Position numbers and translations under genes: made by a program
Virus record (IMG/VR): IMGVR_UViG_3300037067_013648
Origin: an uncultured virus (IMG/VR IMGVR_UViG_3300037067_013648)
Taxonomy: Duplodnaviria > Heunggongvirae > Uroviricota > Caudoviricetes
Strand: one strand, 5' to 3'
Length of the DNA: 63,712 nt
Shown here: piece after piece, positions 40,754 through 50,924 of the stretch
Numbering within the stretch: position 1 is the first letter of the stretch
Layout of the letters: the number at the start of each line of letters is the position of its first letter
Notes under the pieces: generated by a model
What the model saw: the letters and a program-made list of their open reading frames with translations, nothing else
Told to the model about the DNA's origin: nothing
Database searches by the model: none

Positions 40754-41701
40754 ATGCGGCATAATATAAATTTAATAGGTGGAGATACTTTTAATCATTG
40801 TGCATCAATAACAATAATTAATAATACCCCTATAATAGTTGGATATTGTGGACAAGAATGCACAGATAAACAAAGAGTATTTATTTATCATAATAATGAA
40901 TATATATACCTAGAAAATAAAACTGGTAATCCAATAATATGGAATTATGAAGATAAATTAAATATAATATATTCAAAATTTGAAGATAAAGATAAAAATG
41001 GAAATTATCCATTGTATCCGGTTGAAAGATGGAAGTATTGCTCAAATCATCATATTCAATTATCGTTGGATAATATAAAATTAAAAGAAATACCAAAATC
41101 AAAAGAAATACCAGAAATGTTTGGTCTTTTGGCAAGATGTCAGCCAATAATGTTTAATAATGAATGTTTAATACCAATGTATAGAGAAAAGAACCCAAGA
41201 TGTGAAATATGGTCATTTGATGGAAATGAATTTACCAATAAAAGTATATTTGGAGAAACTGACCATATATCTAATTTGGGACGTGGTTGTGCTATACAAC
41301 CAACATTAATGATTGAAAATAATGAATTAATTGCACTGTGTAGAAATGTTGCACAACCACCTTTTAATAAAGCATGGTTTAGTAAATCTCCAGACGGTGT
41401 AATTTGGAGCGAATTAGAAGAATCGAATATTCCAAATATGAATAATTCATTAGTTTGTATAGGTTACAATAATACAAATTATGCTGTATACAATCAGGAT
41501 AGATCTAGATCAGATATAATATTACGTGATTTACATAAAGCAACATCAACACAGTTAGGAATCGGACGAGCAAATAATTTATTAAGTTATAGTTATCCTA
41601 ATTATGCTTTAGATGGTGAAAATTTACATATTGTTCATAGTAATAGTAAAATGATAGCGCATCATATTTTTGATAAAGAATTTTTAGATTGGGTATTATG
41701 A
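40754..41701 (+). CDS. sialidase/BNR-like beta-propeller protein
   Basis: NHCASI, GNPII, IQPTL, Asp-box SKSPDGVIWS, YSYP..LHIVHS. Confidence 0.72.
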   Translation: MRHNINLIGGDTFNHCASITIINNTPIIVGYCGQECTDKQRVFIYHNNEYIYLENKTGNPIIWNYEDKLNIIYSKFEDKDKNGNYPLYPVERWKYCSNHHIQLSLDNIKLKEIPKSKEIPEMFGLLARCQPIMFNNECLIPMYREKNPRCEIWSFDGNEFTNKSIFGETDHISNLGRGCAIQPTLMIENNELIALCRNVAQPPFNKAWFSKSPDGVIWSELEESNIPNMNNSLVCIGYNNTNYAVYNQDRSRSDIILRDLHKATSTQLGIGRANNLLSYSYPNYALDGENLHIVHSNSKMIAHHIFDKEFLDWVL

Positions 41702-42048
41702 ATATAATAAAACAACTTATAATATTGTCTAAAAATAAAATACCATATGAAAAAGCAATTAAAATAGGATTAAACATAAATGAACTTAAAAGTAAAGGAT
41801 TTATAATAATAAAAACTATAAAAAATAAAAATTATGAAATTCCAAAAAATGTTCCAAAGTATGCAATGCGTTTTGCATTTACAAGAAAGAAGTATGGTAT
41901 TAATCAATCAATAATAGAAAATAAAACATTAAAAATAACTAAAAAAGGAATTGATTATATTAAAAACTCGATTAAGAAAACTAAAGAAATTGAAGAAACC
42001 GTTGAAAAACCAAGACAAATAGAGATAGAAGATGAAATACAAAATTAA
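41689..42048 (+). CDS. basic hypothetical protein
   Basis: ORF track. Confidence 0.55.
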   Translation: MGIMNIIKQLIILSKNKIPYEKAIKIGLNINELKSKGFIIIKTIKNKNYEIPKNVPKYAMRFAFTRKKYGINQSIIENKTLKITKKGIDYIKNSIKKTKEIEETVEKPRQIEIEDEIQN

Positions 42049-42598
42049 TGATATATATAGTATTAATAGTGATGATATAACTAGAATATCTTATTCAATA
42101 ATAAGAAAATACATCAATAAAAATAAAACTGAATCAGAAAAAGCCCAAGCATTCTTTCCGTATATTAATAGTGATATGCTTAGTTATGTTAATAAAAACA
42201 TTCAAGATGAAACTGGAAATTTTCAAAAATTATTTTGTGCTTATAACGAATTTGATAAAATATTAGACAATAATAATCTTGATTTTAAAAAAGATATCAA
42301 ATTTTATATAGATAACTTTCATTATATAGAATATGATAATGGAACATATGTATTGTATGCACATAAAAATTTGTATGGCGCACCAACACCAGAAAATATT
42401 GGAAAACAACCAGTACCAATTAAGGACAGAGTAAAGCCAAAATGTTATCCATCATCAATAAAAAATTCATTTAAATATTGTTTTAATCAATCAATAATTG
42501 ATAGTGATGTAGAAGATGATGAATTAATTAAATATATACAAGAGTTAATTAATAAATTACTATTAAAAGTCAACGAAATCAAGGTGTTATTAAAATGA
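42032..42598 (+). CDS. hypothetical protein
   Basis: ORF track. Confidence 0.6.
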   Translation: MKYKINDIYSINSDDITRISYSIIRKYINKNKTESEKAQAFFPYINSDMLSYVNKNIQDETGNFQKLFCAYNEFDKILDNNNLDFKKDIKFYIDNFHYIEYDNGTYVLYAHKNLYGAPTPENIGKQPVPIKDRVKPKCYPSSIKNSFKYCFNQSIIDSDVEDDELIKYIQELINKLLLKVNEIKVLLK

Positions 42599-42957
42599 CA
42601 AATAAAATTAAATTACCAGAATTAACTGATGATTATATAAAACAAGTAAAATTAATGCGTAAAGATTATTCATTTGCTAAAAATGAATGTTTAAAATTAT
42701 TAGAAACTAAAGAAAAAATAGGTATTGCTGATGGTGAAATATTAAAAAAATTAGCTAGTAATTTAAGATTAAATGATAAAAAATTAACTGTTGGAAACGA
42801 TTATTGGGTATTATCAACTCAGATTCGTGAATTATTAAGTGATAGATCAAAAGAAGTTTTTGTATCAATGAATGATATAATAATGCAAGCTATATTTTGG
42901 GATGAAAGAGTACTTGATGATGAAAAGTGTTTGGAACTGCCACCAGTATTTTATTAA
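42595..42957 (+). CDS. hypothetical protein
   Basis: ORF track. Confidence 0.6.
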   Translation: MTNKIKLPELTDDYIKQVKLMRKDYSFAKNECLKLLETKEKIGIADGEILKKLASNLRLNDKKLTVGNDYWVLSTQIRELLSDRSKEVFVSMNDIIMQAIFWDERVLDDEKCLELPPVFY

Positions 42958-42958
42958 T

Positions 42959-43171
42959 ATGCCAAAAACATTTATAGAAAAGTGTATTTGTGGGGAAGAG
43001 TTAATATCTAAAATAAATAATTATGTGGCTGATTGGCATAATTCTGATAATAAACAATTATTATCAGAATATTTAGGGATGACTGATGATGAATTTTTTC
43101 AATTCATAAAAAGTGAAAATAATTTAGTTAATATAATAGAGAGTAGAAAAAATAATATTAAAGGAAAATAA
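42959..43171 (+). CDS. hypothetical protein
   Basis: YVADWH....LSEYLGMTDDEF; start refined to ATG 42959. Confidence 0.6.
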   Translation: MPKTFIEKCICGEELISKINNYVADWHNSDNKQLLSEYLGMTDDEFFQFIKSENNLVNIIESRKNNIKGK

Positions 43172-43172
43172 A

Positions 43173-43319
43173 ATGGATTACCAATTTTGGTGGGATAATT
43201 TCAACAGGTTGTTAACATCTATTACACTTATAAGTTCAATAATTGCTATACGTATGACTTTAAAAAATCAAGCTAAATCAATTATAAAGAATATAGAAAA
43301 AGATATTAAGAATCTTTGA
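43173..43319 (+). CDS. 48-aa putative membrane protein (not in ORF track)
   Basis: AAGGA RBS; MDYQFWWDNFNRLLTSITLISSIIAIRMTLKNQAKSIIKNIEKDIKNL. Confidence 0.5.
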   Translation: MDYQFWWDNFNRLLTSITLISSIIAIRMTLKNQAKSIIKNIEKDIKNL

Positions 43320-43322
43320 GAT

Positions 43323-43976
43323 TTACCATTCAATATTAAGTAAAAATCTTCCATAATTTTCTTTAAGTTCTGATTTATATTTTATATTTCTTCCATTTAA
43401 AAAACTTTCATATATTAATTTTTCATGTTTAGCAGTATCAATATCATAATATAAGCGTCTAATTATTTCATCATCAAACAATTTAGTATTATATCCGCAT
43501 ATCCATTCTTTTGAAGTAATATAATTTTCATTTACTGGTGATTTTATCAAAACTTCAATATTACAATCATCTTTAATATTAAAAATATTTTCATCCCAAA
43601 TCTTTTCTTTCATTGGTTCCAGTGATTTTATAAGTTTGTCATATTCATTATCAGATATATTTAATAAGTCTTTATCTTTACAATAAGGATAATTGTTGAT
43701 TACACAATCCCAAACCTCTGAATTTATTATTATACATTCACTATCAGGAACATCTAAATACCAAACTACATTTTCAACTCCATGCCTTAAATAATTCCGA
43801 CAATTATCAGACTTATTTATATAACACCAAATAAATTTATTATTATTTAGTTTTTTGAATAACCAATTGTATGATCTTAAAAATATATCATCAAAATATA
43901 AATTTAAAGATTTGTTTATATCTGATATATTGTTACAAATATCAAATCCATGTGGTTGAAAAGTTACCAATTTCAT
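43323..43976 (-). CDS. hypothetical protein, DUF3841-like
   Basis: KLVTFQP...SYNWL...FIWCY...LDVPD...WDCVINN pattern. Confidence 0.5.
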   Translation of the reverse strand: MKLVTFQPHGFDICNNISDINKSLNLYFDDIFLRSYNWLFKKLNNNKFIWCYINKSDNCRNYLRHGVENVVWYLDVPDSECIIINSEVWDCVINNYPYCKDKDLLNISDNEYDKLIKSLEPMKEKIWDENIFNIKDDCNIEVLIKSPVNENYITSKEWICGYNTKLFDDEIIRRLYYDIDTAKHEKLIYESFLNGRNIKYKSELKENYGRFLLNIEW

Positions 43977-44011
43977 ATTAATTTATAAGATAAATATTCA
44001 AAAATAAATGT

Positions 44012-44944
44012 ATGAAATTAAATAGTTTAAATAAGTCGAAAATTAGAATTGGAGTTGTTGGGTATTCAACTAAATATTTTAATAAAAAAGAAGCTGAGTC
44101 TAAATTAAAAGAATTAATTAATAAAATAGTTAAAAATAGCAAGTTACCTATTACTATAGTTTCAGGATTAACAAATATAGGTATTTCAGCAATTGCTTAT
44201 AAAATAGCCAAAGAATATGGATATAAAACTGCTGGATATGCATGTGAAAAAGCTAATGAATTTGAATTATTTGATGTAGACCATAAAAAGATAATTGGAA
44301 AAAATTGGGGAGATGAAAGTGAAGAATTTCTTAATAATACAGACTATTTAATAAGAATTGGTGGTAGTGAACAATCAGAAAAAGAAATTAATAATGCAAA
44401 AGAATTAGGAATCAAAACTTATGAATATAATATAGAGCCTAAGGTATCATATTGTTTAATGGGATATATTGATAAATCTTGTGCTAATGATATTCATAAA
44501 CAAGTTAAATCATTTAAAGCTAGAGAGATCAAACCAATTAATAGTTATCATACTACTATTAGATATTGGCTTTCTGATGTTGATAAATCTATATCAAAAA
44601 TTATTGATTATTTAAATAATAGATTTAAGTACCAAACTATATTAGAAGCTGAATTCAATGGTGAAATTGAAACTTTTGGTAATGAGAAATCATATGTATT
44701 ATTATTGAATAGCGATTTATTAATGGCATTTCAAAAAGATATTGATGAAAATTTGCAAAAATTTGGAGCGCCACCATCTGATTTTTCAGATTACAAACCA
44801 CATATTACTGTAGCAGAAGGTGTGACTAAAGATAAAAAGATTGATAATTGTAAAGTTATTATTAATAAATGGATTTTAACAACTAATGATGACTCAACTA
44901 AAGATTCTGAAACAATATGGGAGAAAGAGTTTAAATTAAAATAG
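44012..44944 (+). CDS. SLOG-like domain fused to 2H phosphoesterase
   Basis: N-term IGVVGYS, IVSGLTNIG, IRIGGS; C-term YHTTI and PHITV (two HxT). Confidence 0.7.
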   Translation: MKLNSLNKSKIRIGVVGYSTKYFNKKEAESKLKELINKIVKNSKLPITIVSGLTNIGISAIAYKIAKEYGYKTAGYACEKANEFELFDVDHKKIIGKNWGDESEEFLNNTDYLIRIGGSEQSEKEINNAKELGIKTYEYNIEPKVSYCLMGYIDKSCANDIHKQVKSFKAREIKPINSYHTTIRYWLSDVDKSISKIIDYLNNRFKYQTILEAEFNGEIETFGNEKSYVLLLNSDLLMAFQKDIDENLQKFGAPPSDFSDYKPHITVAEGVTKDKKIDNCKVIINKWILTTNDDSTKDSETIWEKEFKLK

Positions 44945-44999
44945 TTTATTACTATATAATAAAGTTTAAAAAATTATAGGTTCTAAGTTAAAATAAGAC

Positions 45000-45416
45000 A
45001 TGTCAATCCATAATAATTCTGTATTATCACTTGAAGAATCTAATCCAGAAAAGCGTGAAGAAATTGTTTTAGGTATATTTAGGGATTCTTTAGTTCCCTT
45101 AACTGATAGACAGGTAATGGAAAAATTTGGAAGTCAAGATCCAAATTCTGTTAGACCGGCTATAACTAATTTGATAAATAATAGATATATTCATGAAGTT
45201 GGGAATGTCATATGCAAAGTTACTAATCGTCAAGTCAGGATTTGTACTTGTTGCGATTCTAATACAGAACCAAAAATTAAACAATATATTATGAATTTCA
45301 ATTTGGATGGTTCTGCGAACAAGGATGAAGTATTAAAAATATATAATGTAATAAGAAATTATCTCATTGAAAAATTCAATAAAAATAATCCAAGAAGTAA
45401 TTTAAAATTAAAATAA
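45000..45416 (+). CDS. winged-helix DNA-binding protein
   Basis: LTDRQVM...PNSVRPAITNLINNRYIHEVG. Confidence 0.6.
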   Translation: MSIHNNSVLSLEESNPEKREEIVLGIFRDSLVPLTDRQVMEKFGSQDPNSVRPAITNLINNRYIHEVGNVICKVTNRQVRICTCCDSNTEPKIKQYIMNFNLDGSANKDEVLKIYNVIRNYLIEKFNKNNPRSNLKLK

Positions 45417-45435
45417 TTTAACACAATTCATAATC

Positions 45436-45444
45436 TGTTATAAA
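45436..45444 (+). promoter_or_regulatory. class A motif TGTTATAAA (extended -10-like), representative copy
   Basis: Also at 3203, 30790, 48749, 58092, 58497, 60151 (+) and 26801-26809 (-). Confidence 0.7.
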
Positions 45445-45449
45445 ATAAT

Positions 45450-45974
45450 ATGAACTATTGGTTCTTGGCAGATACCCATTTTCACCATAAAAATATCCTA
45501 AAGGATAGGTCTGAATTTTCTTCGATTGAAGAAATGAATGAAAAATTGATCGAAAACTATAACAAAGTTGTTAAATCTAACGATATTGTATTCCATCTTG
45601 GTGATGTTAGTTTTAAAATAAATGAGGTTGAGCCTCTTATTAAGAAGCTAAATGGTCAAATTAATCTAATTATTGGCAATCATGATTATGATAATGAAAA
45701 CAAGTATAGGAAGATGAATAAATTTAATTGGATTAAATCATATCATAAATTTAAAATTAATAATAATAAAATTATTCTTTTCCATTTTCCTATAGCTAGT
45801 TGGGATTGCATACATCATGGCAGCTATCATTTTCATGGCCATAGTCATGCACAATATCAAGGAAAAGGATTAAGTTTAGATGTTGGTGTTGATATGGCCA
45901 GGAAAATCCTTGGTGAATACCGTCCATTTAATTATGATGAAATTATTTCATATTTAACAAAACCAATCATTTAA
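45450..45974 (+). CDS. calcineurin-like metallophosphoesterase
   Basis: ADTHF, HLGD, GNHD, HFP, HGHSH. Confidence 0.9.
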   Translation: MNYWFLADTHFHHKNILKDRSEFSSIEEMNEKLIENYNKVVKSNDIVFHLGDVSFKINEVEPLIKKLNGQINLIIGNHDYDNENKYRKMNKFNWIKSYHKFKINNNKIILFHFPIASWDCIHHGSYHFHGHSHAQYQGKGLSLDVGVDMARKILGEYRPFNYDEIISYLTKPII

Positions 45975-45983
45975 GGAAGACAT

Positions 45984-46244
45984 ATGTTCTGGCCATTCAA
46001 TAAAAAGAAAACAACTCGTACCATTAATGTATCTTATAAGAATAATGAACAAATTAAAATAACAGTTGAAGGTAAAACTTCTATAGTTGTTTGTTATATA
46101 GCTGGTAAAATTGAAAAATTATTTCAGCAAAGCAATAAAAAAGATAATTTACAGATAAATAAAGAAGATTACGATGAAGTAATGAATGGATTTGATAAAG
46201 TAATGAATGAATTTGATAAAGTAATGAATTCGAAATTTAAATAA
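45984..46244 (+). CDS. hypothetical protein with heptad repeat end
   Basis: 21-bp repeat encoding (E/K)VMN(G/E)FD. Confidence 0.55.
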   Translation: MFWPFNKKKTTRTINVSYKNNEQIKITVEGKTSIVVCYIAGKIEKLFQQSNKKDNLQINKEDYDEVMNGFDKVMNEFDKVMNSKFK

Positions 46245-46260
46245 TTATCAAAGTTATTAT

Positions 46261-46773
46261 ATGATTTTTCTCGATATGGATGGCGTTATAGCTGACTTTA
46301 CAACTGCATATCTTGAATTAGTTAATTCTAAATTAACACATGATGATATAAAAGACTGGGATATCTACAAATATACTAATCAAACAGAATTAGAATTTTG
46401 GGTATCAATTAATGAAGCAGGTGAAGATTTTTATACAAATATTCCATTATATCCATGGTCATTATCATTAATTAAAGAATTAAGATCAAAAGATGATGTT
46501 GTTATACTTACTGCTGTTTCTGAATTAGCTCCTGATGCTGCTGTTGGTAAAATTAAATGGTTAAATAAATATGTAAAGCCAATGATACCAATTATTATAG
46601 ATAGTGAAAAATATAGATATGCATCGTTGAATACAATATTAATAGATGACAAACCAGATAATATAAAAAGATTTATTAATAATGGCGGTAAAGCATTATT
46701 ATTTAAACAACCATGGAATGAATCTGAAACTGATTTACCAACATATGAAGGGTTGTTCAGTTTAAGTATTTAA
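46261..46773 (+). CDS. HAD 5'(3')-deoxyribonucleotidase
   Basis: DMDGVIADF, ILTA, KIKWL, LIDD, PWN. Confidence 0.88.
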   Translation: MIFLDMDGVIADFTTAYLELVNSKLTHDDIKDWDIYKYTNQTELEFWVSINEAGEDFYTNIPLYPWSLSLIKELRSKDDVVILTAVSELAPDAAVGKIKWLNKYVKPMIPIIIDSEKYRYASLNTILIDDKPDNIKRFINNGGKALLFKQPWNESETDLPTYEGLFSLSI

Positions 46774-46779
46774 GTAAAC

Positions 46780-47331
46780 ATGGCTGATAGATTAAAAACA
46801 GCTTTAGTTGGTGGTGGTAGTGGTAGTGGTAAAACATTGATTTCTAAAATGTTCAAAAATGCATATGTATTGTCAATGGATAATTATTTTCGTGGTCCAT
46901 TTAAGATGTTAGATGGTGGTGTTCCAGATTGGGATAATCCAAAATCTATAAATTTTAATGAATGGATAGATGATTATCATAAAATAAGTTACTCTATATT
47001 ACATAATACTAATACTACAATAGCACAATATAATTTTATAACACATAAAGTTAAAAAATCGAAGTTTATAGGATCAAATTATAAATGGATTATTTTTGAA
47101 GGATTATTTGCATTAGATAAACGATTGCATCAATTTGCTGATATTAAAATATTTGTGGAGGCACCATTTAGTGTTAGAATATCACGTAGACTTAAGAGAG
47201 ATACTAAAGAAAGAAATTCAGATATTAAATTTATATTAAACCATTCATATTATACTGAAATTAGTTACAAAAAATATATCGAACCTACCAAAGAATATGC
47301 TGATATAATAATTCCAAATTTTGAATATTGA
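46780..47331 (+). CDS. udk: uridine kinase
   Basis: GGSGSGKT, MDNYF, WDNP, FEGLF, RRLKRD, YIEPTKEYADIII. Confidence 0.85.
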   Translation: MADRLKTALVGGGSGSGKTLISKMFKNAYVLSMDNYFRGPFKMLDGGVPDWDNPKSINFNEWIDDYHKISYSILHNTNTTIAQYNFITHKVKKSKFIGSNYKWIIFEGLFALDKRLHQFADIKIFVEAPFSVRISRRLKRDTKERNSDIKFILNHSYYTEISYKKYIEPTKEYADIIIPNFEY

Positions 47332-47380
47332 TTTAGTAATATATTTCCATAAAAAATATTATACAAAGGAATATTCAGCC

Positions 47381-48472
47381 ATGCGCAACTTCGTTATTTT
47401 GTTAATGGTCTGTCTTGCTATTACAGCTTGTCATAAACATAAAAAGCACCATCATGGCGGTCATGATAGTAATATTGGTACTTTACAATTTTCATCTCAT
47501 ACCGCTAATGTTGCTCCAAATGTCGAACTTGCTCCGCTTGCCAAAAATAATGATCCAGAAATCAGGTTAGATGGTGAACCGCTTAATGTTGATTTTAATA
47601 TGGGTTCTCTTAATAAAACTAGTACGTATTTGTTTGAATTAGTTAATACTGGAAGCACTGATATGACAAATATCAGTCTTGAGACTAATAATGCTGCGGT
47701 TACTATATCTCCATCTATTATTAGTGTTCTTAGTCCATCAAATTCCGGATCTGTAGTTCCAATTATCCAAGTTACTGTTCAACATGGTCTTTCAGCTAAT
47801 GGTATTGGTACTGCACCTACTTTAACTGCTGGTGAATTAGCATTTAATATTTATGCAACTACGTTGGGGGCTAATGCAAGTACACATCCTGATAATTATG
47901 ATGGTGGTATTATAACAGATTATGAAGCTTATGGTGGTGAAAATCCATCAGCAACTAGTTCTATTGGTGTTAATGTTAAAATTGCTAGTTTGGTTATGAC
48001 AACTGGATTCCAAGCTGGTCCTGGAGTTGTTTGTAATTATACTAATATTTTCGGTGAACAACCAACACTTACAGATACTAATGGTGTAGTAACTGTTCAG
48101 GGTTGGCATCTTGATAATATTCATTTTTGGGGCGATGAATTGCCACCTGATGTCCAGCAAGGCGGGCAAATTCAGATTGTCAACAATGGTAATACAACAC
48201 TGACAGTTGATATTTATGATTTTCCTCTTCCTGGTGATCAGATTATTTTTAATAAATCAGTTACTACATATACTATAGCTCCTGGAGCTGCTCAGATGAT
48301 CGATCCAGTTATAAAATATCAGCAGCCACTTGATGTTAACTATCAATATAGTGAAACTTTAATGAGGATTCGTGGAACTGGTGCTGTATTTTCAAGTGAT
48401 TCACTGCAACCAGATTCAACTGGTACATTATGGGTTGAAGTCATGGCAGGGTGCATTGTAGCTGCTGGTTAA
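47381..48472 (+). CDS. predicted lipoprotein with His-rich linker and Ig-like folds
   Basis: MRNFVILLMVCLAITA-C lipobox; HKHKKHHHGGHD; ATG 47381 after AAGGA. Confidence 0.7.
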   Translation: MRNFVILLMVCLAITACHKHKKHHHGGHDSNIGTLQFSSHTANVAPNVELAPLAKNNDPEIRLDGEPLNVDFNMGSLNKTSTYLFELVNTGSTDMTNISLETNNAAVTISPSIISVLSPSNSGSVVPIIQVTVQHGLSANGIGTAPTLTAGELAFNIYATTLGANASTHPDNYDGGIITDYEAYGGENPSATSSIGVNVKIASLVMTTGFQAGPGVVCNYTNIFGEQPTLTDTNGVVTVQGWHLDNIHFWGDELPPDVQQGGQIQIVNNGNTTLTVDIYDFPLPGDQIIFNKSVTTYTIAPGAAQMIDPVIKYQQPLDVNYQYSETLMRIRGTGAVFSSDSLQPDSTGTLWVEVMAGCIVAAG

Positions 48473-48494
48473 TAATTTTTTGTAAATCTAAATT

Positions 48495-48740
48495 ATGAGT
48501 AATTTAGATTTTTGTGATCATGTAAAAGATCTACTTCAAGTAGAAAGTAGAGTTATTAAACGTCATATTGATAGACATAAATGGTTTCAACATATAAGAG
48601 ATAAAAACGAAGCAGTTAAAGATTTTATAGAAAAATATGGTTGGTTAATGAGAGAAGTATATTGTGAGAATATGTGTTCTAAAAAGGATACATGTAAGGT
48701 ATACAAAAAAGTTATGATAAATGATAATATTAATAAATAA
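48495..48740 (+). CDS. hypothetical protein
   Basis: ORF track. Confidence 0.6.
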   Translation: MSNLDFCDHVKDLLQVESRVIKRHIDRHKWFQHIRDKNEAVKDFIEKYGWLMREVYCENMCSKKDTCKVYKKVMINDNINK

Positions 48741-48762
48741 TTATTTTTTGTTATAAAATGTT

Positions 48763-48999
48763 ATGATAGATCTTGAAACTATAGCTGACTTCACTTGGAA
48801 TTATCATTCTGAATTCTTACTTGAAACAAATAATGGAAATTATATCTGGTCAGATCCAGATTATAATGGTAATAATACTATTAAAAAGTATAATGGTACA
48901 TATAAAGAATGGTGTGAAGTTAACAACATACCATTTGGTAGAGAAAAAGGTGTTCATAAAATTTCAGAATATTGTGGAACTGACGTAAAATTCATATAA
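48763..48999 (+). CDS. hypothetical protein
   Basis: Class A motif 5 nt before ATG. Confidence 0.65.
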   Translation: MIDLETIADFTWNYHSEFLLETNNGNYIWSDPDYNGNNTIKKYNGTYKEWCEVNNIPFGREKGVHKISEYCGTDVKFI

Positions 49000-49014
49000 A
49001 TTAAGGATTTACAA

Positions 49015-49344
49015 ATGCCTAAAACTATCATTCCATTTGGTGCTACCAAAATTTATTTTGTTTATACATCGACAAAAGGCAATGTTGGATCAGTATATGC
49101 ACGACAATTTATACCATCTAATAATAGAGTAATATTATGGGGTAAAACTGCTAAAGACAATTTTGGATGGATGAATTTAGACCATTGTTTTTTAACTAAA
49201 GAACAAGCACTTAATGATTGGCGTCGTAGATCTAATGCAGAATCTAAAGAACATGTTGAAGCAATACGTACAGCAGGCTATAAACTTATTGAAATGGCTG
49301 ATTCAATTAAAGTACGTGAATTAGATGATTGGCATAATTTATAA
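49015..49344 (+). CDS. hypothetical protein
   Basis: AAGGA RBS. Confidence 0.6.
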   Translation: MPKTIIPFGATKIYFVYTSTKGNVGSVYARQFIPSNNRVILWGKTAKDNFGWMNLDHCFLTKEQALNDWRRRSNAESKEHVEAIRTAGYKLIEMADSIKVRELDDWHNL

Positions 49345-49619
49345 TGTTTGATATTAATAGTATTGATTATACAGTGTTAATTTTAAAAATTAATACATTG
49401 CATAAAAATTATAGACATGAATTAAGACTTGATCAATATATTCGTGATATTTATATTGAATATCAACTACAAGACGGTTTTTTAGATAAAGTTGACAAAA
49501 TAGTTGAAATAATTACTAAAATCGATGATAAATTAAATTTTTATAATAAAAATCATACTGAAATTAGTGATTATATTCCAACAATTCTTTCAACCAATCA
49601 ACAGCTTTATCTGGTCTAA
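49344..49619 (+). CDS. hypothetical protein
   Basis: ORF track. Confidence 0.5.
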   Translation: MFDINSIDYTVLILKINTLHKNYRHELRLDQYIRDIYIEYQLQDGFLDKVDKIVEIITKIDDKLNFYNKNHTEISDYIPTILSTNQQLYLV

Positions 49620-50430
49620 AATAATTTTCCCATATTTCTTTACTTTTATTACTATATTTAGTTGTGTCAGTAATTAATATTTTTTCAAGATCATCTGGAG
49701 TGTTTAATTTAAAATAATGCTCATTAGGAAGAAATGGAAAACTGTAAACTGGTTCATAATTTAAAGCTAATGGCATAAAATTAGATATGAATTCATATTC
49801 ACGAGTATTTTTTTCATTTCTAATTGATAGTGATATTCCCCAATTAGATTTTTTAAGTTTTTCTAAATAAGTTGGTTGTGGAATTTTAATACAAATTTCA
49901 AAACAATTATTTGATGTTTTAATTCCATAATTATTTAATTTACTACTTATATTATTTAGTTGATCCATTTTTTGGCACCAATTTTTACGTTTCATTACTA
50001 TCATACTATTTTGACTTGTTGCATAAACATTATAAATCGAATTTAATGGTTTATATTCAAATTTGTTAACTAATGTTAGTCCAGCAGGAAACATTATCCA
50101 GCTTCTTACTTTACATCCAATTTTTTGTTCTAATTCATTATCAGGTTCTAATTTTATATAAAGATCTGGTTTAATATCGTTAAATAAACCTATTTTAATT
50201 TGTTCATAACTTCTGCTTTTATCAAATTGTGTATCAAGTAATATTAATTTGTTATTAATAATAACTGGTGATATTGATCCCCATTTATGTTTTTGAGTTT
50301 TTAAATATTCAGATAATATAGTATATTCTTTTATTTCTTTATAAATAATATTGTGTCCACTTATTTTAAAAATGTCATTATATGCTGCATTAAAACTATG
50401 GTGTGGACGAGGGTCTAAAATAATGTCCAT
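49564..50430 (-). CDS. putative glycosyltransferase (GT-B-like C-terminal domain)
   Basis: YLEKLKKSNWGISL...NTREYEF...FLPNEHYF...WENYFRP resembles Glyco_trans_1_2-type domains. Confidence 0.6.
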   Translation of the reverse strand: MDIILDPRPHHSFNAAYNDIFKISGHNIIYKEIKEYTILSEYLKTQKHKWGSISPVIINNKLILLDTQFDKSRSYEQIKIGLFNDIKPDLYIKLEPDNELEQKIGCKVRSWIMFPAGLTLVNKFEYKPLNSIYNVYATSQNSMIVMKRKNWCQKMDQLNNISSKLNNYGIKTSNNCFEICIKIPQPTYLEKLKKSNWGISLSIRNEKNTREYEFISNFMPLALNYEPVYSFPFLPNEHYFKLNTPDDLEKILITDTTKYSNKSKEIWENYFRPDKAVDWLKELLEYNH

Positions 50431-50485
50431 ATAATATATTTACTAATTATAATAAATTACTATAAATATATTAAAGAGAAACAAT

Positions 50486-50863
50486 ATGTATACATGTCAA
50501 AAGTGCGGATCTAAAAATATTAATAAAATATTTCGTAGAGCAAATGAAATATTCATTGGAACGATTGTAAACAATATTAGTACAGAATTTGTTAATCGTT
50601 CTATATGCAGATTTGAAGTATTGAAAGATTGTATAATTAATAATTGTAGAGAATGTCAATATTCATGGGATTGTGCTCCGCTTGATAGTGATACTTCAAT
50701 TGATAAACTTAAAAAATTAAATAATAAATTATTTTTAGCTTATATTGATGAGTTACTTATAAATATTGAATCAGATAAATCTAAAGAATTATTAGAAGGA
50801 GTCAGGCCGTTATTACAAAAATTATTAAATATAATTGAATTGAAATCTATCAATAGAAATTAA
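50486..50863 (+). CDS. Zn-ribbon hypothetical protein
   Basis: CQKC...CREC. Confidence 0.55.
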   Translation: MYTCQKCGSKNINKIFRRANEIFIGTIVNNISTEFVNRSICRFEVLKDCIINNCRECQYSWDCAPLDSDTSIDKLKKLNNKLFLAYIDELLINIESDKSKELLEGVRPLLQKLLNIIELKSINRN

Positions 50864-50924
50864 AATAAATATTTATTATTTTGTTATTTAAATTATAAAG
50901 TGATAACAAACTAAGGAATTAGTC

